A stretch of 50,184 nucleotides of DNA, taken from NCBI GenBank assembly GCA_041492985.1, contig JBGPXY010000002.1, positions 1-50,184 of the forward strand. The letters are read 5' to 3'. Below, one piece after another: positions 44,468 to 50,184 of this stretch (within the stretch, counting starts at the first letter, position 1; each line of letters begins with the position of its first letter). Source of the stretch: Candidatus Eiseniibacteriota bacterium (GTDB taxonomy: Bacteria; Eisenbacteria; RBG-16-71-46). The notes below the pieces were generated by a model, which saw only the letters and a list, made by a program, of their open reading frames with translations, made no database searches and was not told the origin of the DNA. The translations under genes and the position numbers were made by a program.

Positions 44468-46066
44468 ATGCTGCACTTCAACCGCGGCGAGTTCGAGGCC
44501 GCGGCGGCGTGCTTCGAGGCCGTGGTGGCGGAGGTGCGCGACCCGAGCGACCCCGACTACGGCCTGGCGTCGGTGCACGCCGCCCAGGCGCGCGGGAACC
44601 TCGGGCTGGCGTTCTTCCATGCCGGCGACTACGCGCGCGCCGAGCGCGAGTTCACCTGCGCGCTGGACGAGAACCCCAGCTTCCCGGACCTGCGCTACTT
44701 CCGCGCCCGCATCTTCGAGCGTTCGGGCCGGCTGGCCGAGGCCGTGGAGGACCTCGAGCGGGCGCTCACCGACCACCCCCGTTACGTCGAGGCACATCTG
44801 CTGCTCGCGGTGTGTCTGGGACAACTCGGCCATGGGGCGCGTTCGGCGGCCGCACTCGAGCGTGCCCTGAGCCTGGGGTTCGACCTGCCCGCCGGGCTCT
44901 CGCCGGCGCGCGCGGCCGAGTGGGGGGTCGCCGACTGGCAGCGGCTGGTGCCGGAGCTGCTGCACGACGCTCCCGCCGGCATGCCCGACGCGGTCCAGGA
45001 GGCCCTGGAGCGCTATCAGGCCGGTGATCTGGCCGCGGCCCTCGCCTCGCTCGAGCGCGCGGTGGCCGAACGTCCCTCGTACGCCGACCTGCGATGCCGG
45101 CTTGCCGCTCTGCTGCTCGAGGCGGCGCGGGCCGACGAAGCGCTCGAACACCTCGACGCCGCACTCGCCCTGAACCCGCGCTACCTCGAGGCGCGGCTAC
45201 TGGCGGCGCGCGCCTGCCTCGAGCGGGGCGATACCCGTGCCGCGGTCGGACATGCCGAGTCGGTGCTGGGCGACCATCCCGACTACCCCGATCTCCACTT
45301 CTGGCTCGGGCTGGCGCGCTTCCGCGCCGGTGACTTCCCGGGTGCGGCGACGGCGCTCGAGCGGGCGGTCGAGCTGCACCGGGAGTTCGCCCGCGCCCAC
45401 CGGCTGCTGGGCCTCGTCTATCACGCGCTCGGGCGGCACGAGGAGGCGCTGCGCTGCGTGAGGCGGGGCCTGATGCGCGACCGCGAGGTGCCGGGGGCGG
45501 TCCTCGAGTCGGCGCTGCCGCTGATCGCGCTGGGCGACGGAGCCACGGCCGAGAACGAGCTGGCGCGCGCCCTGGCCGTACACCCCCGGTACCCCGATCT
45601 GCACCTGGCACTGGCGCGCGCGCGACGGCTGGGCGGCGACCTGGAGGGTGCAGCGGTGTCCTACCGTGCCGCGCTGGCGCTGGCGCCGGGCTACGGCGCC
45701 GCCGCCCTCGAGCTGGGAGGCGTCGAGCTGGCGCTCGGCCGGCCCGCCGCGGCGGAGACCCTGCTGGAGGAGCTGGCGCGCCGGCACCCCGACTGGGCCG
45801 ACGCCCACGCCCTGCTTGGGCGCACGCGGCTGGTGCGCGGGGACGCGGCTAGTGCCGAGCCGGCGCTGCGCGCGGCACTGCTCCTCAATCCCCAGTTCGG
45901 CGCGGCGCGGGCGGATCTGGGCTGGGCCCTGCTCGCCCAGTCGCGCGCCCGCGACGCCGATGCCGAGTTCGCGCGCGCGCTCGAGCTGGATCCGCTCCAC
46001 GCGCTGCCGCGCCAGCAGCTGGCGTGGCGGGATCTGCTGGTGCCGGCGCAGACGGGGGCGGGGTAG
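44468..46066 (+). CDS. tetratricopeptide (TPR) repeat protein
   Basis: More than 10 consecutive TPR-like units (for example GDYARAEREFTCALDENPSFPDL, AEAVEDLERALTDHPRYVEAHLLLA, ALALNPRYLEARLL, LELDPLHALP). ATG 44468 is the first canonical start outside the overlap with the 44074-44355 ORF. The frame stays open upstream to 44132. Confidence 0.75.
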   Translation: MLHFNRGEFEAAAACFEAVVAEVRDPSDPDYGLASVHAAQARGNLGLAFFHAGDYARAEREFTCALDENPSFPDLRYFRARIFERSGRLAEAVEDLERALTDHPRYVEAHLLLAVCLGQLGHGARSAAALERALSLGFDLPAGLSPARAAEWGVADWQRLVPELLHDAPAGMPDAVQEALERYQAGDLAAALASLERAVAERPSYADLRCRLAALLLEAARADEALEHLDAALALNPRYLEARLLAARACLERGDTRAAVGHAESVLGDHPDYPDLHFWLGLARFRAGDFPGAATALERAVELHREFARAHRLLGLVYHALGRHEEALRCVRRGLMRDREVPGAVLESALPLIALGDGATAENELARALAVHPRYPDLHLALARARRLGGDLEGAAVSYRAALALAPGYGAAALELGGVELALGRPAAAETLLEELARRHPDWADAHALLGRTRLVRGDAASAEPALRAALLLNPQFGAARADLGWALLAQSRARDADAEFARALELDPLHALPRQQLAWRDLLVPAQTGAG

Positions 46067-46159
46067 AAGAGAACCGAAGCGCCCGATTCGACCGGCAGAG
46101 CCGCGCACTTCCGGAGCTCCTGCTCTGGCTATCTGCGGCCACCCTCTCCGCGATCCGCC

Positions 46160-47218
46160 CTATCGGAAGCGGGCGCGGAGGCGACGAAGCCCGATGCTGT
46201 CGACCCTCGCCGGGCGGGGCCGCGCGATCCAGACCGCGCCAGAACCCGCGTGGCTTCGAGGATGAAAGATCTGTTCCCCCGTGCTCAGGTCGTACACGTA
46301 GTTCCTGGTACCGCTGACGAGCAGATAGCCGTCGTATTCCGCCATACCGATCCGCCAGAGCTCCTGATCTCGATAGCTCTCGGGAGTCTCGAGCAGTCGC
46401 TGCGTCCCGCGCACTCGATCCATGAGGTAGAACGGCATCATGAACGTCCTGAGGTCCGGCGTTCGGTGCCCGAGACGCAACGCCAGACCGCGACCCGGCG
46501 CAGTGCGAAACGCGATGAAGTACCAGTCGAATGTCGACGGCGACTCTCCAACGGGCGGCGGGACCTTCTCTGGTGTCCCACCCCAGCCATCGATCGTCAT
46601 GGCCTCGCGAAGGCGATTGAGGCCAATGGCGGGTCGACGTCGCGTCGCGCGCGGGTTCGGATTCTCCCAAGTCTCGCAGAAGTAGCATCCACCGCAATCC
46701 GTCGTCTCAGCGTCGGCGATTCGCCAATCGTCCCCGCTCTGGTCGGACTGCCAAAGCTCAGAATGACAGTGGGAGAAACGGGCTTCATTCCGCGCGAAGT
46801 TGCGCGGAACTCCTCCGAGCCCAGCCGCCTGCCAGCAGAGACTGTCCGGGTTGAACCACCAGTCGACCAGATCGAACACTTCAGAGGGCAACTGGACCTC
46901 GGGCCAGGGTTGGGCCTCCATCTCCCACTCCACCCGATAAAGTCTGCCGGACGCTAGGTACTCCGCGTAGGACTCGGTGGTATCCCAGTAGACCGCACCA
47001 CCGCCAAACGAGCCGAACAGAGTGTCCGTCCGACTCACCGGGTCGAAGATGCGCCAGTCACCGCCGCTCGGGCGTCCAGTGAAGTAGGCGACGACGCGAT
47101 CGTGCGTCCCGCGACGCTCACCAGCCCGGGCCGTCGCGCTGAGGATCAAGACGCCGATGACCGCCGCGTACACCAAACACTGTCGGGCGGCTTGCAGACG
47201 GACGGTGCGCACGCTCAT
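46160..47218 (-). CDS. hypothetical secreted Trp/Cys-rich protein (paralog A of tandem pair)
   Basis: N-terminal signal/anchor LVYAAVIGVLILSATARA. Its composition is protein-like, unlike the antisense frame. It shares the motifs PD..LW...G, CH..LW and W.IAD.E..DCGGC with the upstream gene. The ATG overlaps the upstream stop (ATGA). The G+C content is visibly lower than in the flanks. Confidence 0.65.
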   Translation of the reverse strand: MSVRTVRLQAARQCLVYAAVIGVLILSATARAGERRGTHDRVVAYFTGRPSGGDWRIFDPVSRTDTLFGSFGGGAVYWDTTESYAEYLASGRLYRVEWEMEAQPWPEVQLPSEVFDLVDWWFNPDSLCWQAAGLGGVPRNFARNEARFSHCHSELWQSDQSGDDWRIADAETTDCGGCYFCETWENPNPRATRRRPAIGLNRLREAMTIDGWGGTPEKVPPPVGESPSTFDWYFIAFRTAPGRGLALRLGHRTPDLRTFMMPFYLMDRVRGTQRLLETPESYRDQELWRIGMAEYDGYLLVSGTRNYVYDLSTGEQIFHPRSHAGSGAVWIARPRPARVDSIGLRRLRARFR

Positions 47219-48495
47219 CGCCAGGCCAGGAACGCGTCCGCAGTACTCCTTACCGAGATACCGGACTCTCTTCGCCGCCGCGTCAGGACATCGATCGCTA
47301 CGAGTCGCCCGTGCTCAACCACCACAACCTCAGACGCGCTCGCCCAGCCGACGAGTTCTGCGTGAGGGAGCAGGAGAAGTTGGACCGGGCCGAGGCCGGA
47401 ATGCACCTCGTCAATCTCCACGAGCGGAAGCTCCGCCAGCGACCGACGGATGCCGGCCAGGGCGAGCGAATCCGAATGCCCTTCGGACGATTCACGAAGC
47501 TCCGACGCAGCACCTGCCGTCGCGTGAACCGTGAACGCAACCCGCCTGCTTCCGGGCGCGATCCTGGCATTGGCTGTGAAGAAGCTGACCTCATAGCTCT
47601 GATTGTTGAAGCGGGGCCATTCGTCGAACAGCACCACGCTCGTGTCTGTATTCGCGAACACCGTTTGGTTGCTGCTCCCGTTCTCATGGCCGCAACACCC
47701 GTCATCTTCATCGGCCTGTATCCATGAAGTCCCGCCCGCGATGGCATCGAGCAGCGTCCAGGAGCCGCGGTTTCCGATCTCAGTTGGTTTCCAGCCCCGA
47801 GCGGCACGAGCCCACAGCGTGAGGTGGCAGTCGGCGCTGGGGACCATGCCGTCGCTGAAACCGGGGTACACCAGCTGCTCGCACTGGAAGAGCACGAAGA
47901 AGTCCCGCACCACGCCGCCGGGGGCCCAGAGTTGCGGGTCGGGGCAGGGGACACGGAGATCCGAGAGCATCGCGTGGTCCTGGCAGGCTCCACTCAGTCC
48001 GGCAAAGACCGTGCTCCGGACTCGTTGAGCAAGGTCGGTCTCACGAACGTGCAGGGGAGTGGTGGCGGTATCGATCCCGAATTCCTGGTCCTGCCGGGAT
48101 GTGCCATCCAGGGAATAGAGGGAGGAACCATCGTCACCAATGAGCCATTGCCAGATCGAAGCCGACGGTCTCCCAGCTGTCGCTTCCACCCGCGGTGATC
48201 GAGGGACCGAGGGCAGCGTCGCGGCGCTGGAGCCGTCCCAGATCCAGAGTTGTCCGTCCCCGAGTTCGGTGAGGATCTGGCTGGCGCCGTTGACGGCGAG
48301 CCGGTGCGGGTCATTGAATGCGGCCGGCGGAATTCGGACCCCGCCAACCCGTGAGAAGTCCGAGAGGTCGAATGCGACAAGCTCTCCAGGTGGTTGCACG
48401 ACCCAGAGCGTCACATCCGGGCGCGCAGCTGCGGGAAGCGGACACGCGATGAGCGCTGCAGTGCCCAGGACACGGAGCGTCCGCGGCCACTTCAT
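47215..48495 (-). CDS. hypothetical lipoprotein-like Trp/Cys-rich protein (paralog B of tandem pair)
   Basis: The preferred start is Met29 of the listed ORF, giving MKWPRTLRVLGTAALIAC with lipobox-like LIAC, 5 nt after GGGAGG. The conserved motifs are CPDPQLWAPGG, DCHLTLW and WIQADEDDGCCGHE. Confidence 0.65.
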   Translation of the reverse strand: MKWPRTLRVLGTAALIACPLPAAARPDVTLWVVQPPGELVAFDLSDFSRVGGVRIPPAAFNDPHRLAVNGASQILTELGDGQLWIWDGSSAATLPSVPRSPRVEATAGRPSASIWQWLIGDDGSSLYSLDGTSRQDQEFGIDTATTPLHVRETDLAQRVRSTVFAGLSGACQDHAMLSDLRVPCPDPQLWAPGGVVRDFFVLFQCEQLVYPGFSDGMVPSADCHLTLWARAARGWKPTEIGNRGSWTLLDAIAGGTSWIQADEDDGCCGHENGSSNQTVFANTDTSVVLFDEWPRFNNQSYEVSFFTANARIAPGSRRVAFTVHATAGAASELRESSEGHSDSLALAGIRRSLAELPLVEIDEVHSGLGPVQLLLLPHAELVGWASASEVVVVEHGRLVAIDVLTRRRRESGISVRSTADAFLAWR

Positions 48496-48603
48496 GGCGC
48501 CTCCCGATCGCGTAGTCCGGGCAGAGCTTTGCGAGCCGCACGCGCGGCGATATGTTCGTGCGCCATGGGACCGTAGCATGAACGGACGGCGCTTCGGTCA
48601 CCC

Positions 48604-48642
48604 CAAAAACACGAACGCGGCCGCGGGACTCCCCGCGACCGC
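48604..48642 (-). terminator. candidate intrinsic terminator downstream of rpmB
   Basis: On the minus-strand RNA, an 11-bp GC-rich stem (plus-strand 48617-48627 and 48632-48642) has one G.U pair and a 4-nt loop. It is followed by GUUCGUGUUUUU (plus-strand A-run 48605-48609). Confidence 0.5.
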
Positions 48643-48680
48643 GTCGGACGCTTTCTGCTATCTATTGCCCGGGCGGCGTC

Positions 48681-48905
48681 TCAGGCCGCCGGTGCCGGCA
48701 TGCGATGGCGGCCGCGCGCGGCCTTGGTCACCTTGCCGGCCTTGAGACACTTGGTGCACACATCGATGTTCTTGACCTGGCCGTCCACGAGCGCGCGCAC
48801 GCGTTGGAGATTCGGGAACCAGACCCGCTTGGTGGCATTGTTGGCGTGGCTGACGTTGTTGCCGAACAGCTTCGCCTTGCCGCACACATCACATCGCTGA
48901 CTCAA
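48681..48905 (-). CDS. rpmB: 50S ribosomal protein L28
   Basis: The sequence [36 protein letters not shown] matches the L28 signature (C.V.GK....GNN.SHA.N.TKR.F.PNLQ). TTG start 7 nt after GGAGG. The listed 168-aa ORF is an upstream over-extension. Confidence 0.9.
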   Translation of the reverse strand: MSQRCDVCGKAKLFGNNVSHANNATKRVWFPNLQRVRALVDGQVKNIDVCTKCLKAGKVTKAARGRHRMPAPAA

Positions 48906-49083
48906 TGAACGACCTCCGGAAGCGCCGGGAGACCCCCCGGCTGATGAAAAGGCACGGCAGGTTAGCAGCCGGCGGCGCGGCTGGCAAGCGCGCCCACGGC
49001 CTCGTCCCGGATGTCCCCGGCCGGTCACGATGCGGGCCAGGGGCGCCCTGGCGCCTCGCAGCCACATCCGCCAGAGCCCCGTC

Positions 49084-50184
49084 ATGGCGCCCGTGACCGC
49101 GCCGCCCCTGCGCCCCGACTCGCGCCTCCAGTTCCTCACCGGTGTGGGTCCCAAACGCGCGATCCTGTTCGAACGGCTCGGCCTCAATACGGTCGAGCAG
49201 CTGCTCCGCCACTATCCCCGCGCCTGGCTCGACGCGAGCCATTTCGTGAGCGCGAAGGACCTCCGGCCCGGCGAGCTGCTCACGGTGGTGGGCACCATCA
49301 AGCATGCGGCAGCACTTCGCACGCGCGGCGGGCGCACCGACTTCAGCGCCTCGGTGGTCGACGCCACCGGTACCCTTGCCTGCTACTTCTTCGGCCAGCC
49401 GTTCCTCGCCCGCACGCTCCGTCCGGGCACGCGGGTGGTGGTGAGCGGCGAGATCGACCCGCTCGAGCGCCGCATGCTGAACCCGCTGTTCGAGGTGGTC
49501 GAGGGCGACCTCGAGACGCTGCTGCACGCGGGGCGGCTGGTGCCGGTGCACGCGCTCACGCGCGGCATCACCGCGCGCGGTATGCGCACCGCCGTGCGGC
49601 GGGCGCTCGACCTGGTCGCGGACCGCGTGGCGGACCCGGTCCCGGCCGAGGTGGTGGCGGCCCAGGGCATGTCCTCGCTGGCCGAAGCGCTGGAGGCCAT
49701 CCACTTCCCGGCGGACGAAGCGGCCCGCGAACGCGCACGCGCGAGGCTCGCCTTCGAGGAGCTGTTCCTGCTCCAGACGGTGCTCGAACTGCGGCGCCGG
49801 GTGCTGGCCGAGGAGGGGCGCGGGCTGGTGACCGCGGGACCGGGCCGGCTCGCCGAGCGGGCGATCAGCGCGCTGCCCTGGAGCCTCACCGAGGACCAGC
49901 GCAACGCCCTGGCCGAGATCGTCGCCGACCTGCGCGCCCCGCGCCCGATGCACAGGCTGCTGATCGGCGACGTCGGCAGCGGCAAGACGGTGGTCGCCCT
50001 GCTCGCGGCTCTGCACGTCGTCGAGGCCGGGCTCCAGGCGGCCTTCATGGCGCCGACCGAGATCCTCGCGCGCCAGCACGCGGCCACCCTCGCGCGGCTG
50101 TGCGGGGACGCCGGAGTCGCGATCGCCGGGCTCACCGGGGCGACCGGCGCCGCGGAGCGGCGCGCGCTGGCGGCCCGGCTCGAG
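49084..50184 (+). CDS. recG: ATP-dependent DNA helicase RecG (3' end outside window)
   Basis: Own translation from ATG 49084: [48 protein letters not shown]... (wedge/OB domain), then [16 protein letters not shown] and Walker A ([15 protein letters not shown]). The frame is open to the window end, so it is absent from the ORF track. It is divergent from rpmB. Confidence 0.9.
   Translation, partial: MAPVTAPPLRPDSRLQFLTGVGPKRAILFERLGLNTVEQLLRHYPRAWLDASHFVSAKDLRPGELLTVVGTIKHAAALRTRGGRTDFSASVVDATGTLACYFFGQPFLARTLRPGTRVVVSGEIDPLERRMLNPLFEVVEGDLETLLHAGRLVPVHALTRGITARGMRTAVRRALDLVADRVADPVPAEVVAAQGMSSLAEALEAIHFPADEAARERARARLAFEELFLLQTVLELRRRVLAEEGRGLVTAGPGRLAERAISALPWSLTEDQRNALAEIVADLRAPRPMHRLLIGDVGSGKTVVALLAALHVVEAGLQAAFMAPTEILARQHAATLARLCGDAGVAIAGLTGATGAAERRALAARLE

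Noticed and set aside
46090-46130. Convergent-gene terminator between the TPR gene and paralog A (CAGAGC...GCTCTG with an inner GGAGCTCC palindrome).
   Set aside because: The stem is only 6 bp with a ~20-nt loop, and there is no U-tract on either strand. The support is too weak.
46250-46957. 235-aa plus-strand ORF in the lower-G+C region. ORFs 47311-47727, 47603-48028 and 48140-48745 (all plus) are similar.
   Set aside because: They are antisense to the two minus-strand genes. Those genes have signal peptides, mutual paralogy and an ATGA coupling, whereas the plus-frame products are Arg-rich with no features.
46067-48680. Calling the lower-G+C segment a mobile element or genomic island.
   Set aside because: I could see no integrase, transposase, tRNA target, flanking direct repeats or inverted repeats. 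Only the compositional shift and the unknown gene content support foreign origin, so it is reported as a finding and not as a mobile-element feature.
48681-49187. 168-aa minus-strand ORF as the full rpmB model.
   Set aside because: Only the last 74 codons match L28. The upstream 94 codons are Arg/Gly-rich and run into the recG start region. A TTG start with a GGAGG RBS fits the conserved L28 N-terminus.
1-50184. CRISPR arrays, tRNA/rRNA genes, and toxin-antitoxin or other recognisable defence systems.
   Set aside because: Scanning all spacers showed only the MraZ-box array as a regularly spaced repeat. No cloverleaf-capable spacer sequences were seen. No ORFs carry nuclease, ATPase or defence-type signatures.

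Overview
Very G+C-rich bacterial chromosome segment. About 44 kb is transcribed in one direction and packed almost without spacers. Positions 1-26762 hold a run of 20 co-directional envelope-glycan or glycoconjugate genes. These include six GT-A/GT-B glycosyltransferases, four GT-C-type membrane transferases (DUF2723/TMEM260-like, PMT/ArnT-like, YfhO-like and a DDTFIHLQYA-type), and two polyprenyl-phosphate-sugar synthases. The run also has a Wzx-type flippase and a UPF0104 flippase-like protein, an HddC/HddA-like sugar-activation pair, an SDR epimerase, an AsnB-type amidotransferase, a methyltransferase, and a secreted beta-propeller with a T9SS-type C-terminal domain. Positions 26763-27056 carry a sigma70-like promoter followed by six 10-bp-phased TGGNN repeats, a likely MraZ operator. 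Positions 27057-43988 are a complete dcw cluster: mraZ, an extra STAS-domain ORF, rsmH, ftsL, ftsI, murE, murF, mraY, murD, ftsW, murG, murC, ftsQ, ftsA, ftsZ. Downstream lie a small Pro-rich secreted ORF and a TPR protein. Next, on the minus strand, is a visibly lower-G+C stretch with two translationally coupled, paralogous secreted Cys/Trp-rich proteins of unknown family. The window ends with rpmB (minus strand) and the 5' part of recG. No rRNA, tRNA, CRISPR array or transposase/integrase was seen. The best candidates for novelty are the STAS gene wedged between mraZ and rsmH, the low-G+C paralog pair, and the GT-C-rich glycosylation operon with an embedded candidate substrate. The T9SS-type C-terminal domain plus high G+C suggests an FCB-group lineage (Gemmatimonadota- or Eisenbacteria-like), but that is only a guess. 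All family assignments come from motif recognition by eye, not from searches.
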